Source of the DNA: Euryarchaeota archaeon UBA182
GTDB lineage: Archaea; Thermoplasmatota; Poseidoniia; Poseidoniales; Thalassarchaeaceae
NCBI GenBank assembly: GCA_002495675.1
Contig: DAGH01000002.1
Location: 24,259 to 88,258, forward strand
Length of the DNA: 64,000 nucleotides
Reading direction: 5' to 3'
Below the pieces are notes generated by a model. That model made no database searches, was not told the origin of the DNA, and saw nothing but the letters and a program-made list of their open reading frames with translations. This document shows, piece after piece, positions 7,837 through 18,164 of the stretch. The position numbers and the translations under genes are program-made. The stretch's first letter is position 1; every line of letters begins with the position of its first letter.

Positions 7837-9429
7837 TTATTCAGTCGGGCTAGTCATCTCCTCCGGCTTTACCCATTTATCAAAATCATCTCCACTAATG
7901 CCCATTGCAACAGCTGCCTCCCGAAGTGTGGTTGCTTTCGCGTGTGCATGTTTTGCGATTTTGGCTGCCATATCATACCCCACATGAGGATTTAGTGCCG
8001 TCACAAGCATCAACGACCTCTCTACTAGGTTAGAAATCCTTTCTTCGTTTGCCTTCAACCCGGATACACACCTCTCAGAGAATGATAAACATGAGTCTGA
8101 TAACAATTGAACGGAATGGAGAACGTTGTAGATGATCATCGGCTTGTACACGTTCAATTCGAAATTACCCTGGCTTGCTCCTATTGTGACAGCAGTGTGA
8201 TTTCCCATTGTCTGGCAAGCGACCATCGTGATTGCCTCGGCTTGTGTTGGATTCACCTTTCCTGGCATTATGCTGGAACCTGGCTCATTTTCTGGAAGTG
8301 AAAGCTCTCCTAACCCAGATCTTGGACCTGACCCCATCCACCTGATATCATTGGCTATTTTGAGAAGGCTCGTTGCTAATCCACTCATTGAACTCGAAGC
8401 TTCCAATAACCCGTCATGACCAGCCAATGCTGAAAATTTATTTTCCACGGGGTAAAACCCCAATCCAGTAGATTCGGAAATTAAATCACAAACCAATTCT
8501 GAAAAACCAACCTTGGTATTCAAGCCAGTACCCACCGCAGTACCTCCTATTGCCAGTGCGAGCAGACCATCACGAGCACGTTCAATCCGCGATATATCTG
8601 AATCCAACATGGCCACGTATCCTGAGAATTCCTGCCCCAATGTGAGTGGGACCGCGTCCATGAGATGAGTCCTACCTATCTTGACTATCTCGTTGAATTC
8701 CTCGCGCTTCCGATCTAACTCATCTCGGAGTTTTTTCACAGATGGCAAGAGATAGTGGTGTATCTCTTCTGCAGCTGCAATGTGCATGGCCGTTGGGAAT
8801 GTATCATTGCTGGATTGGGACATGTTGACATGGTCGTTTGGATGCACTGGTTCTTTGCTTCCAACTAGACCACCCGCAATCTGAATCGAGCGATTAGATA
8901 TCACTTCATTTGCGTTCATGTTCGTTTGAGTTCCAGATCCTGTTTGCCAGATTCTGAGAGGAAAATGAGCATCCAATGAACCAGATACAACTTCTTCGCT
9001 AGCCGCACATATCAACGAGCCAATGTCTGCATCGAGATTTCCTAATTCGACATTTGCCTCGGCAGTCGCCTTCTTTAGAATTCCAAAGGCCCTTATCATT
9101 GCTCTCGGCATGGTATCGTTCCCAATATTGAAATTTTCAAGAGATCTAGAGGTCTGTGCACCATAATATGCATTTTTGGGGACTTTCACAACACCCATCG
9201 AGTCAACTTCATCACGATAGCCCTCATTTCCTAGGCTATCGATGGGTTTCGCCGGAGTTGTGGCCGGCTTGGGTGTAGATCCGCTTAGGCCACTTTCTAT
9301 CAGCCGGGTTATGGTGGCTGATCTGCCATTAGACCGTCCTCTTCCAACTTTCTTGTCAAGTCTTACAGCTAGGCTCTCAGGTATGCTGATACTGATTATT
9401 CGACGGTCACCTGCTCTATGTTTGGCCAT
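7837..9429 (-). CDS. fumC: Class II fumarate hydratase with an N-terminal ribbon-helix-helix (CopG-like) extension
   Basis: [20 protein letters not shown] is a FumC-type signature. [25 protein letters not shown] aligns to the FumC N-terminus. About 65 extra N-terminal residues read [20 protein letters not shown]...[13 protein letters not shown] (a strand-helix-helix pattern). They are joined to the enzyme by a Pro/Thr/Lys linker. Confidence 0.85.
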   Translation of the reverse strand: MAKHRAGDRRIISISIPESLAVRLDKKVGRGRSNGRSATITRLIESGLSGSTPKPATTPAKPIDSLGNEGYRDEVDSMGVVKVPKNAYYGAQTSRSLENFNIGNDTMPRAMIRAFGILKKATAEANVELGNLDADIGSLICAASEEVVSGSLDAHFPLRIWQTGSGTQTNMNANEVISNRSIQIAGGLVGSKEPVHPNDHVNMSQSSNDTFPTAMHIAAAEEIHHYLLPSVKKLRDELDRKREEFNEIVKIGRTHLMDAVPLTLGQEFSGYVAMLDSDISRIERARDGLLALAIGGTAVGTGLNTKVGFSELVCDLISESTGLGFYPVENKFSALAGHDGLLEASSSMSGLATSLLKIANDIRWMGSGPRSGLGELSLPENEPGSSIMPGKVNPTQAEAITMVACQTMGNHTAVTIGASQGNFELNVYKPMIIYNVLHSVQLLSDSCLSFSERCVSGLKANEERISNLVERSLMLVTALNPHVGYDMAAKIAKHAHAKATTLREAAVAMGISGDDFDKWVKPEEMTSPTE

Positions 9430-9438
9430 GGATTACGC

Positions 9439-9459
9439 ATTTATTAATTATTAATAAAT
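9439..9459. promoter_or_regulatory. 21-bp perfect AT-rich palindrome in the fumC promoter/TATA region
   Basis: ATTTATTAAT-T-ATTAATAAAT has 10-bp arms that are exact reverse complements. It lies 10-30 nt upstream of the fumC ATG (9427-9429, minus strand). Confidence 0.5.
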
Positions 9460-9486
9460 TTAATCTTGGAACATATTGCGTGAATA

Positions 9487-9978
9487 TCATACATCTAGAC
9501 GACTCACACTGACTATCTTCTGTGGGTCGATAGGTCGATCCCCGGGTCTTGTTTCGCAGTTTTCAATTTTGTAGACGTTCTCCATGCCTGAAACAACCTC
9601 TCCGAAAATTGCGTGGTTCCCATCTAACCATGGCGTTGGGACCGTCGTTAGGAAGAATTGAGACCCTCCCGTATTGCGTCCTGCGTTCGCCATTGAGAAA
9701 AGCCCCGGCCTGTCATGTTTCTTGTCCAATGCTGATCTTTCGCAAGGAATCTTCCATCCCGGGCCACCCGTCCCCGCTCTTCCATCAAAAGGGTCCTTCG
9801 ATCTTGGACAACCGCCTTGAATCATGAAGCTCTTTATCACTCGATGGAAGTGCAGCCCGTTGTAAAATCCATCATCCACTAACCTGAGGAAGTTCCCTGT
9901 TGTCTCAGGGCAATCTTCCGTGTACAATGCAATATCGATGTCTCCAGCGCTCGTAGTCATTCTAACCATGGTTGGCAT
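9487..9978 (-). CDS. ppiB: Cyclophilin-type peptidyl-prolyl cis-trans isomerase
   Basis: FHRVIKSFMIQGG...GPGWKIP...SMANAG.NTGGSQFFLT...LDGNHAIFGEV are cyclophilin motifs. Confidence 0.9.
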   Translation of the reverse strand: MPTMVRMTTSAGDIDIALYTEDCPETTGNFLRLVDDGFYNGLHFHRVIKSFMIQGGCPRSKDPFDGRAGTGGPGWKIPCERSALDKKHDRPGLFSMANAGRNTGGSQFFLTTVPTPWLDGNHAIFGEVVSGMENVYKIENCETRPGDRPIDPQKIVSVSRLDV

Positions 9979-10022
9979 GTATCATCCCACAAGGAACTAG
10001 TCCAATAGAGTAACGCAGGACT

Positions 10023-10418
10023 CTATGCAATCAAAGAACCTGGCATCACCCCTTCTGGGGGTTCCAACAGTCTAACTGTACCGTCAGGCTCTAATGCACC
10101 CAAAACCAAAAACTGGCTTAAAAAACCGGTGGGGAGCCTCTTTTCACCGAGGTTAAGCGCACCCACCACTCTCCTACCAATCAACTCTGATAGAGAGTAA
10201 TTTGTGATTTGAGCTGAACTCCAAAGATTTCCGATCACAGGCCCAAAGTTGACTTCAATTTTGTATGAGGGCTTCCGCATCTCTGGAAACTCCTCAGACC
10301 TAATTATGACACCCGTCCTTAGATCCAATTGAAAGAAGGAATCAGCACCAATGTGGGCTTTCTTGATCAGTTTCTCTGGATGGTAGGGCCCACTGGGGTC
10401 AAATATGTGCTCAGACAT
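10023..10418 (-). CDS. csaA: tRNA-binding (CsaA/EMAP-type OB-fold) domain protein
   Basis: LDLRTGVIIRSEEFPEMRKPSYKIEVNFG...SAQITNYS...LIGRRVVGALNLGEKRL is the CsaA/Trbp111 pattern. Confidence 0.75.
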   Translation of the reverse strand: MSEHIFDPSGPYHPEKLIKKAHIGADSFFQLDLRTGVIIRSEEFPEMRKPSYKIEVNFGPVIGNLWSSAQITNYSLSELIGRRVVGALNLGEKRLPTGFLSQFLVLGALEPDGTVRLLEPPEGVMPGSLIA

Positions 10419-11003
10419 TCAATTACCTGCTACATCCGACTTAGTTAGGAGCGGAAAGAGGGGGATCCCCCTCTCATGGAATGCAGAAACACCCCCTTCC
10501 TCTCTGTCTAATATGGTCACGCACCCAACTACATTACAGCCAATATCCTCTAGCATGTTAGCGCATTTTATTGCAGAACCTCCGGTCGTGGTGACATCCT
10601 CAAGGAGAACAACTCGATCTCCCTCCAGAACGGTGGAACCTTCTATTCCTGGGGGATTACCAGTTTTTCTACCACCACGCCCCTTGGGTTCTTTCCTCAC
10701 GATAAACCCTCTCAGATTGCTCCCCTTTCCTGACTTCGCGATCACGATCCCAGTTAATGGAACAGCCCCCAACTCTAGGCCTCCCACAGCATCAATATCA
10801 CCCATTTCAACCAATATTTGATGGATCATTATACCTAACAGATGAGCGGACTCAGGATCCATCATTACCGGTTTCATGTCGAAAAAATGTGGGCTTTCCC
10901 TCCCACTGGCAAGTGTGAATTTATCTTCTGGCGAATACAAGTAAGCAAGACGCCTCACATTAGCAGAAAGTTGGGATTTAATCTCACTTGGGTTGTATTC
11001 CAT
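10419..11003 (-). CDS. pyrE: Orotate phosphoribosyltransferase
   Basis: FTLASGRESPHFFD and the PRPP loop VVLLEDVTTTGGSAIK. The ORF extends to 11087, but ATG 11001-11003 (MEYNPSE) leaves room for the divergent polD promoter. Confidence 0.8.
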   Translation of the reverse strand: MEYNPSEIKSQLSANVRRLAYLYSPEDKFTLASGRESPHFFDMKPVMMDPESAHLLGIMIHQILVEMGDIDAVGGLELGAVPLTGIVIAKSGKGSNLRGFIVRKEPKGRGGRKTGNPPGIEGSTVLEGDRVVLLEDVTTTGGSAIKCANMLEDIGCNVVGCVTILDREEGGVSAFHERGIPLFPLLTKSDVAGN

Positions 11004-11107
11004 CGAGACGCAGTCATGACTGCCAATCAATGAACCTTGGCCGCATTTCAACAGATTCATCGCGAATGTTATTGTGTCGCCTTGCACGCATGTGAGTTAC
11101 CTCAGGG

Positions 11108-14100
11108 TTGATTGGTGTGGTGTATGCATTTGGCCCGACTAGAGAAACCAGTCGCTTATCAGCCGAATATGCCGCATACCTCGATCTAATCGAGGCAGAG
11201 ACCGACCTAGTGTACAAAATCGCAAATGAAGCGAGATCTAAGGGAATAGACTTCAAGACAGAGGTGGAAATCCCCAGGGCGAAAGACCTAGCCAGCAGGA
11301 CTGTCCGATTGTTGGAAAGATATCTCAGGCCCGAGGAGGATAGTAGCCCAATCCAGATAGAGGATCGATTGAGAGATCTCTTGGATACTATGGATCGAGA
11401 ATCAGCTTCTATTACCATAGCGAGAGAATCTGCAAAAATGATGCATGAACTGACAGGGGATTTACAGAAATCAATAGATACGGGCCTGAGAGTTGGTTTA
11501 GCGGTTCTGACTGAGGCAGTTTTAGTCGCTCCATTAGAAGGAATTGGTGAAGTAAGAATATTGAACAATCATGGAGACGGGTCCTCCTTTCTATCCATCG
11601 ATTTTTGTGGTCCGATAAGAGCTGCAGGTGGTACGGCACAGGCCATGGGCGTGTTGATTGGGGATGTGATACGACGAGAACTTGGGATAGAGAGATATCA
11701 GCCAACTGAGGGAGAAGTAGAACGAGTCAAAGAAGAATTTGGGCTTTACAGAGGAGGCCTACAATACAAGCCACCCCCCGAGGAAGTCGACATGATCGTA
11801 CGGGCATGTCCAGTGATGGTTAATGGTGAGGGAACCGAGAGGATAGAGGTAGCAGGATATCGCGAGGTTCCTAATATTGAGGGTTCAAGAATCAGACAGG
11901 GAGTCCTACTTGTTATCGCTGAGGGTTTGTGTCTGAAAGCACCAAAGATCAAGAAACACACAGACAGATTGGGGGTAGAGGGATGGGACTTCATCGATGT
12001 CTTAGCCTCAAAGGGTGAAGACGCTAATACATCAGAATCAAAAACAAAGCAAAGGCAAGTGAAACCCGACTCTCGATACATGGGGGACATAATTGCCGGT
12101 AGACCTGTTTTTGGAGAGCCTTCGAAACCAGGCGGCTTTAGGCTCAGATATGGCAGAAGTAGGACAACAGGACTCGCTGCTGCAGGGTTGAATCCTGCAA
12201 GTATGCACGCTATGGGGGGCTTCTTATCCGTAGGCACTCAGATGAAGATAGAGCGGCCAGGAAAGGCATGTGCAGTCACTCCTACCTCAGGGATTGACGG
12301 TCCGCTCGTACTCTTGAAAGATGGAACATTCACTATGGTTCACGATGAAGTTTCGTGGAATGCATTAAGCGACCAAATAAGTGTAATCTGGGACGCTGGG
12401 GAAATTTTGATCGGGTTTGGCGAGTTCTTAGAAAATAACAAGGAACTCGTACCCTCAGGCTACAACCGTGATTGGTGGGCCAGTGAGCTCGCCTCCAAAA
12501 TCAATATGCCAGCAAAGTTGGACTCATTCATTGGCATATTGAATGCCGACCCTTCCCTGTTTCCAAAAGGCCTTCCTTTCAATGGCGCTATTTCGAGGGG
12601 TGGAGAACCTGAGCATGAGCGGGAAACCAGAAAACGAGATTGGAATAGGAAGTTGAAGAAACTAGACTTAACATGGGATCAAGTGATTTCGATTTCAGAC
12701 AAATTCGGAACCGCAATCCCGCCCCCATGGAACTTATGGTGGTCGGATTTACCTGTGGCTTTGATCCCCTCTTTGTGCCAAGCAATGCGACATTCAATCA
12801 AACAAAATGGAAAATTAATCATACCCATGAACCAGTCAGAGGATGCTATTGAGGGCATCAATCAAGAACATATGAGTAACATCGAGGAATATGGAGTGGT
12901 AAGATATTCATTGATGTCACTCGGATTACAACACAAATTGGAGAAAGACAACATTGTAATCGAAAGTTACTGGGAACCATTATGCGAACTCTTTGATACT
13001 GAGAATGGTAGTTATGAAATTTCAGAGATCTTGATAGAAACAGAACGCAGGCTGAAGCAGATAGATGAGGCAAAGTCGATCGTGCTCTCAGAGAGCAAGA
13101 GGGCGTCTGAGATTGAAAAACTTAGGACGGAAAGAAGAATTAGAGCCGAAACAACGGCTAGACAGAGGAACCTGGGCGTGGAGGAGACCGAAGCAATCGG
13201 AATTGCTGCGGCTGCAGAGATAGAGGACCCAGGGCCGATGAATAAAGAGGAATTCGAACAGGCCCTGTCCACATTAGACGACAACGAGGTTGAGCAATCC
13301 TTGTGGGTCGTGAGAAAAATATCACCTCACAGATGGGAGGATGCTGTTCCAACCAGAATCGGCGCACGAATGGGGAGGCCAGAAAAAGCCGAAAGAAGAG
13401 AAATGAAACAATTCACACACGCTTTGTACCCAATAGGGAATAATGGTGGCCCACAGAGATTGCTAGATCAGATCGGTAAGGGCGCACTGAGCGTAGACGT
13501 TAGCATACGCCGCTGCATAAATTGTGGAAGGGACACACACGAGATTCGTTGCCGCCACGATTATGGTGATGGCTCCCCCCCTTGCAATGGAAGGACGGAA
13601 ATCAGAAGGAAAAAAAGTACAGATCGAAGACTCGGGGAGAAAAGGAATATTCAATTCACAGCCCTTCTTGAAGCGGCTAGAAAAAACCTCAATCTGAACT
13701 CATTACCTCGACCAATCAAAGCAACAAGACAGCTTGAGTCGAGGTTGCAAACCCCTGAGCCTTTGGAAAAGGGAATCTTGAGGGCGCTGCATGACGTATC
13801 AGTAAACAAAGATGGAACATCGAGGTTCGATATGATTGACGTCCCAATAACCCATTTTCGACCACTCGAGATAGGCACACCTTGGAGGAGATTGGTGGAA
13901 TTGGGATACTCAGAGGACATGGACGGCAATGAATTGAAATCTGACGATCAGGTGTTGGAAATCTTCCCACAAGACATCATTCTATCCTCAAATGCAGAAC
14001 TGCATCTATCAAGCACCTGCAAGTTCGTAGATGATGAATTGACCAAGATTTACGGAATGGACCCATTCTTCAACTATGAATCAAAAAAGGATCTTGTTGG

Positions 14101-15040
14101 GCACCTAGGAATAGGGCTTGCACCACATACATCGGGAGGGGTACTCTGTCGGATAATTGGATGGACAGACGCCTCGGCTGGGTATGCACATCCTCTGTTC
14201 CACGCTGCAAAGAGGCGTAATTGCGATGGTGATGAGGATTGCGTCATGTTGTTGCTGGAAGGACTATTGAATTTCTCAAAGGACATACTCCCCTCTAATC
14301 GCGGCGGTCAGATGGATGCTCCGTTAGTCTTGACGACACGTCTGCTTCCAAACCAAATAGACAAAGAAGCATTGAACGTTGATTGTTCATGGTCATATCC
14401 CTTGGAATTCTACCAAGCAACGTTATCACAGCCTCATTCTTCCGGGGTCAAGGGGTTCGTCGACATGGTAGAAAACCGCGTTGGCAGCATAGGGGACGTT
14501 CGAGGATACGGCTGGACTCACGATTCTGCTGGATTGAGCTCAGGACCCTCAAATTCTCAGTACAAGCTACTGCCTTCTATGGAGATGAAAATGGACGCGC
14601 AACTCATGCTGGCGTCAAAACTCAGGGCAGTATCTGTGGAGAGGGTGGCTAAACAAGTAATCGAATCTCATTTCCTCAGGGACATAAGAGGCAACCTAGT
14701 CGCTTTTACAAGACAGAAGATTCGCTGCGTAAAATGCAATGCATCATACAGGCGAATTCCCTTGACCGGAACATGCATAGCCAAAGTAGCGAAAAATGAC
14801 GCAACACGACGCCTAGGGAACTCATCAAACATTGACAGCCGCCCATTTTGCGGCGGCAACCTCACTTTGACAGTGTCCCCAGGTGCAGTTAGGAAGTATA
14901 TCGGCGTGACAAACAGGGTTATCGAGAAGTATGGGATCGATTTATACACAGAACAGAGAGTAAAATGGATGGAAGATAGTGTAGAATCTCTTTTGGAGAA
15001 TGACAAGGTTACTATAATGACACTTGGGGATTTCATATGA
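11108..15040 (+). CDS. polC: DNA polymerase II (PolD) large subunit DP2
   Basis: 1310 aa. The N-terminus is ANEARSKGIDFKTEVEIPRAKDLASR. Other matches are GRPVFGEPSKPGGFRLRYGRSRTTG, GARMGRPEKA, zinc clusters CINCG...C and CVKCNASYRRIPLTG.C, and NCDGDEDCVMLL. The start is non-ATG (TTG/GTG at 11108-11120). Confidence 0.95.
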   Translation: MIGVVYAFGPTRETSRLSAEYAAYLDLIEAETDLVYKIANEARSKGIDFKTEVEIPRAKDLASRTVRLLERYLRPEEDSSPIQIEDRLRDLLDTMDRESASITIARESAKMMHELTGDLQKSIDTGLRVGLAVLTEAVLVAPLEGIGEVRILNNHGDGSSFLSIDFCGPIRAAGGTAQAMGVLIGDVIRRELGIERYQPTEGEVERVKEEFGLYRGGLQYKPPPEEVDMIVRACPVMVNGEGTERIEVAGYREVPNIEGSRIRQGVLLVIAEGLCLKAPKIKKHTDRLGVEGWDFIDVLASKGEDANTSESKTKQRQVKPDSRYMGDIIAGRPVFGEPSKPGGFRLRYGRSRTTGLAAAGLNPASMHAMGGFLSVGTQMKIERPGKACAVTPTSGIDGPLVLLKDGTFTMVHDEVSWNALSDQISVIWDAGEILIGFGEFLENNKELVPSGYNRDWWASELASKINMPAKLDSFIGILNADPSLFPKGLPFNGAISRGGEPEHERETRKRDWNRKLKKLDLTWDQVISISDKFGTAIPPPWNLWWSDLPVALIPSLCQAMRHSIKQNGKLIIPMNQSEDAIEGINQEHMSNIEEYGVVRYSLMSLGLQHKLEKDNIVIESYWEPLCELFDTENGSYEISEILIETERRLKQIDEAKSIVLSESKRASEIEKLRTERRIRAETTARQRNLGVEETEAIGIAAAAEIEDPGPMNKEEFEQALSTLDDNEVEQSLWVVRKISPHRWEDAVPTRIGARMGRPEKAERREMKQFTHALYPIGNNGGPQRLLDQIGKGALSVDVSIRRCINCGRDTHEIRCRHDYGDGSPPCNGRTEIRRKKSTDRRLGEKRNIQFTALLEAARKNLNLNSLPRPIKATRQLESRLQTPEPLEKGILRALHDVSVNKDGTSRFDMIDVPITHFRPLEIGTPWRRLVELGYSEDMDGNELKSDDQVLEIFPQDIILSSNAELHLSSTCKFVDDELTKIYGMDPFFNYESKKDLVGHLGIGLAPHTSGGVLCRIIGWTDASAGYAHPLFHAAKRRNCDGDEDCVMLLLEGLLNFSKDILPSNRGGQMDAPLVLTTRLLPNQIDKEALNVDCSWSYPLEFYQATLSQPHSSGVKGFVDMVENRVGSIGDVRGYGWTHDSAGLSSGPSNSQYKLLPSMEMKMDAQLMLASKLRAVSVERVAKQVIESHFLRDIRGNLVAFTRQKIRCVKCNASYRRIPLTGTCIAKVAKNDATRRLGNSSNIDSRPFCGGNLTLTVSPGAVRKYIGVTNRVIEKYGIDLYTEQRVKWMEDSVESLLENDKVTIMTLGDFI

Positions 15041-15773
15041 TCCCCGAGAATCCCAACTCCTCCAGAATCCTCTTCATCCACCTCAACTTCAACAACTTTC
15101 TCTCAGGATCAGTGGCCCCCGAGAATTTTCCAACGACGTCGGACCTGGTCCCTAAAAGCACAATGTCTGACACGCTGACTCCCATAGATACGACGATGCA
15201 AACGGCCCTGTCCCCGTCGGTGAAACCTCCCGGATTCACCATGCCATCTATGGAAAAAGGGGTTTGATGTGTGATAGAAATTGGAAGATCTCTCACTCTT
15301 GGTATTAGACGCCTCAACGACTCTTGATTATCCCCATGCGCATGGATGATCATGGGGATATTGTTGTCAATGGATAAAGAAAGACCTGTGCCCCCATCAC
15401 CGTCAGAAACAACCCCAATCACGGAATCCCATCCCTCTTTCGGATCTTCCAGATCAGAGAAGATTTCTCCTGACCCATCCGCGACAATAAATCTACACCC
15501 TTTTTTCATTGCATCTTCGATTTCATCTATCTCAACCGCTGCCCCTACGATCGCGACGCTTCCGGAGTGTGAGAATAATTCTCGTCTGATGTTATCCCAA
15601 GTTTTGTTCAGATCAAGAAGAGAACGTCTGCAGGGTGCAGAACAGACCAATTCATTCACGAGCCATTTCGCAACGTACAGATCCTTATCAAGCGACCATC
15701 CAAACTCAGACCTTATCTCATCTTGAACCTCGACCAATCTCCTATCTATTGACAGATGGCGATCCCCGATCAT
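15033..15773 (-). CDS. mptE: DUF115 / MptE-like 6-hydroxymethyl-7,8-dihydropterin pyrophosphokinase
   Basis: VAIVGAA...FIVADGSG...VVSDGDGG...IIHAHGDN...GGFTDGDRA match the DUF115 hallmark motifs. Confidence 0.7.
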   Translation of the reverse strand: MIGDRHLSIDRRLVEVQDEIRSEFGWSLDKDLYVAKWLVNELVCSAPCRRSLLDLNKTWDNIRRELFSHSGSVAIVGAAVEIDEIEDAMKKGCRFIVADGSGEIFSDLEDPKEGWDSVIGVVSDGDGGTGLSLSIDNNIPMIIHAHGDNQESLRRLIPRVRDLPISITHQTPFSIDGMVNPGGFTDGDRAVCIVVSMGVSVSDIVLLGTRSDVVGKFSGATDPERKLLKLRWMKRILEELGFSGII

Positions 15774-15826
15774 GAAGTTAGGCTGCCGTGAGCGTTCAAG
15801 AACCCTGCCGGCTCTGAGCGTACAAC

Positions 15827-16945
15827 ATGCCTATGCCAAGTACCCCTCCAGCTCTCACAAATGAGAGTGCCTTGGCAAGATATCCGTTCTTACCCCAAGC
15901 CAGATCCCACATGCGAAAGTTGTTCGACGATAATGCAATCGATATTGATGCGATTATTGAACAAGGTTGGTTAGAAGAAGCACGATCATTGGGCCGATTG
16001 AGGCTTGTCGAGTCAATTGTACACAAATCAGAAGCCGATCCAATGGGAACAGTAGATCTTGCTAATGAAGCCTCTAGGTTATTCTCCATGGCCGCTTATC
16101 AATATGCATTCATGGTAGTATGTGCCTCATTTGATGATAGATTAGTATCAAGGTGGGCAGAGGGAGAATCAAGCTTGGCAGACAAGAACATAGGGATTGA
16201 TGAAGTATATTTTGAAACCATAGTTAAGACTTATATTTCCTCTCTGAAAATCTCCTTGGAAAATGGTCAAATGATATATTCAGTGCCGCTCAGTGACTTT
16301 CTTGAGTTGTGCCCAAGAATATCCGGATCTTACTGGAGACTAGTGAACAGACCGGTGAATGATGGTTGGGTCACTCTTGATCCTGCTTCCGGCGAAACCA
16401 GCGCCAAACGCGTCGCCAGGTTGGTGAAAGAGAGAATCAGAGAGGAATTAATTGAGAGAAGTAGGGAAAGCATGGCAAGAATGTCTGAACAACTAGCCGA
16501 TAGGCTGGGAGAAGAAGTTACTCGTATATCCGAACTTTTCGGATCCCAAGTCAGGTCTGAACTACCCATTGCCTCAGCCACCAGAGAGGATTGGCCCCCT
16601 TGCTTTTCAAACTCAATAGAGGAACTAGCTTCCGGAGTAAATGTGAATCACGTCGGACGCGTGTTCGTCGCCGCTATGGGCAGGAGCATGGGACTTCCTT
16701 TGGAAATGACCTGCTCCTTTTTCGAGGGCGCTCCAGATTATGACCCTCAGACAACGTCGTATCAAGTAGGCCACGTGTACGAACGTGAATACACACCCCA
16801 CGGTTGCGGCGCACTGAAAGCAGCGGCCAGATGTCCAGTCGGGCCAGGCGATGATAGGCTGTGTGATCAGGAGTGGTTGACTCACCCTCTGAAGTACCTG
16901 AGGGCAAAACAACGTTCTAGGGCGAAGTCAGAAACAGTAGTATGA
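15827..16945 (+). CDS. priL: DNA primase large subunit PriL
   Basis: The N-terminus has ARYPFLPQA. The C-terminal Fe-S domain reads WPPCF...GVNVNHVGRVFVAA...DYDPQTTSYQVGHVY...YTPHGC...AARCP. Confidence 0.9.
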   Translation: MPMPSTPPALTNESALARYPFLPQARSHMRKLFDDNAIDIDAIIEQGWLEEARSLGRLRLVESIVHKSEADPMGTVDLANEASRLFSMAAYQYAFMVVCASFDDRLVSRWAEGESSLADKNIGIDEVYFETIVKTYISSLKISLENGQMIYSVPLSDFLELCPRISGSYWRLVNRPVNDGWVTLDPASGETSAKRVARLVKERIREELIERSRESMARMSEQLADRLGEEVTRISELFGSQVRSELPIASATREDWPPCFSNSIEELASGVNVNHVGRVFVAAMGRSMGLPLEMTCSFFEGAPDYDPQTTSYQVGHVYEREYTPHGCGALKAAARCPVGPGDDRLCDQEWLTHPLKYLRAKQRSRAKSETVV

Positions 16946-17022
16946 GCCAATGAACGGCGTGTTATCTGACACTGGAACAAACAATTCAAATCTTGGATCC
17001 TACTTGGGCCAAACGAACTCCC

Positions 17023-18141
17023 ATGGTGAGGACACTCGTCATTTCAGTTGATCGGGACAATGACCTGGGGGTCAAAGCAGGTGTGAGAGGGCCAGTAATC
17101 GGACGAAAAGCAACCCTAACTGCAGCCTTGAGACTCGGCATCGCTGATCCTGAGGAAAGTGACACAAACGCTATCATGGGCGCACTTCACCATCACGACA
17201 GGCTCATCGAGAAATCTGATTCCAGCGATGGGGTCGAAGTGGCAATTCTTACGGGGGACGTTCGTGTCGGTCCCAGGAGTGATAGAGCGATAGCAAGCCA
17301 ATTGGACGAGGTCATACGACTTTTCCAGCCAGATACTGCCGTCCTCGTCACCGATGGAGCGGAGGACGAAGCCTCGATACCCATCATATCATCCAGAGTC
17401 AGGATCGATCACATAGAGAAAATCATTGTTAGACAATCAAAGGGCATCGAGAGTACTTACTATTACATCGCTAAAGCAATCGAGGACCCGCGATGGAGAG
17501 CTAGATTGCTGGTACCCATCGCCACTTTCCTCCTTATTCTCGGTCTAGGCCTAATCTTACCACGATATGGCAATATCCTAATTGGATCTCTTCCATTGAT
17601 AATAGGAGGATGGATACTGGCGAAAGGACTTGGTTGGGAACAGCAGCTGGAAAGACTGTTTGATGACATGCGCAGCAGCGCATCAGGCGGGCTATTCTCC
17701 TCCCTTTTGTGGGCGATGTCAGTGGTATCCGTATTATTCAGCATACTAGCCGCTTTCGATATTTTTACCGATAATGTAGCATATGGGAACAGGTCAAATC
17801 TGTGGATATGGGCCCGAGCGATAGATGAAGCACTCCAGTGGCTCGTAATAGCCGGCGTTTGCTTCTCGCTCTCCCTTGGGGTCCTGCGTTGGAAAGAGGG
17901 GACTTTCCGCGGCCAGTCGATCTTAATGATTGGATTGGGGTTGGTGGCCTATGCATTCATCAATGCAACAGTCGACCTTCTGCAGGAGTGGCCCAACTAC
18001 CAGCCCTCGGTCTCCACGGTGGTTGATGACTGGGGATTGCCATTTATGTCGGTAGTTTTCTACTACCTTCTCAGAGTCGTGGTCGATTCCTTGCGCAATG
18101 AAGATGAAGATCCGAATGCCAACCGACACTGGGGCATTTGA
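17023..18141 (+). CDS. DUF373-family archaeal membrane protein
   Basis: MVRTLVISVDRDNDLGVKAGVRGPVIGR is followed by a soluble domain and 5-6 transmembrane helices. I recognise this as the archaeal DUF373 pattern. The ORF opens at 16993 (TTG). Confidence 0.6.
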   Translation: MVRTLVISVDRDNDLGVKAGVRGPVIGRKATLTAALRLGIADPEESDTNAIMGALHHHDRLIEKSDSSDGVEVAILTGDVRVGPRSDRAIASQLDEVIRLFQPDTAVLVTDGAEDEASIPIISSRVRIDHIEKIIVRQSKGIESTYYYIAKAIEDPRWRARLLVPIATFLLILGLGLILPRYGNILIGSLPLIIGGWILAKGLGWEQQLERLFDDMRSSASGGLFSSLLWAMSVVSVLFSILAAFDIFTDNVAYGNRSNLWIWARAIDEALQWLVIAGVCFSLSLGVLRWKEGTFRGQSILMIGLGLVAYAFINATVDLLQEWPNYQPSVSTVVDDWGLPFMSVVFYYLLRVVVDSLRNEDEDPNANRHWGI

Positions 18142-18164
18142 ATCGAAAGCCCATTCAGATTTTA

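Noticed and set aside
11014-11568. 184-aa minus-strand ORF overlapping the start of polD
   Set aside because: It is antisense to a strongly supported DP2 coding sequence. Its Ser/Arg/Ile-rich composition has no motif.
13000-13330. Possible intein or foreign insertion in PolD DP2 (charged coiled-coil-like stretch KQIDEAKS...EEFEQALSTLDD)
   Set aside because: No intein splice motifs are present (no Cys/Ser-His-Asn boundary blocks or homing-endonuclease motifs). Overall length is within the normal DP2 range. I cannot judge whether the charged segment is lineage-specific without an alignment.
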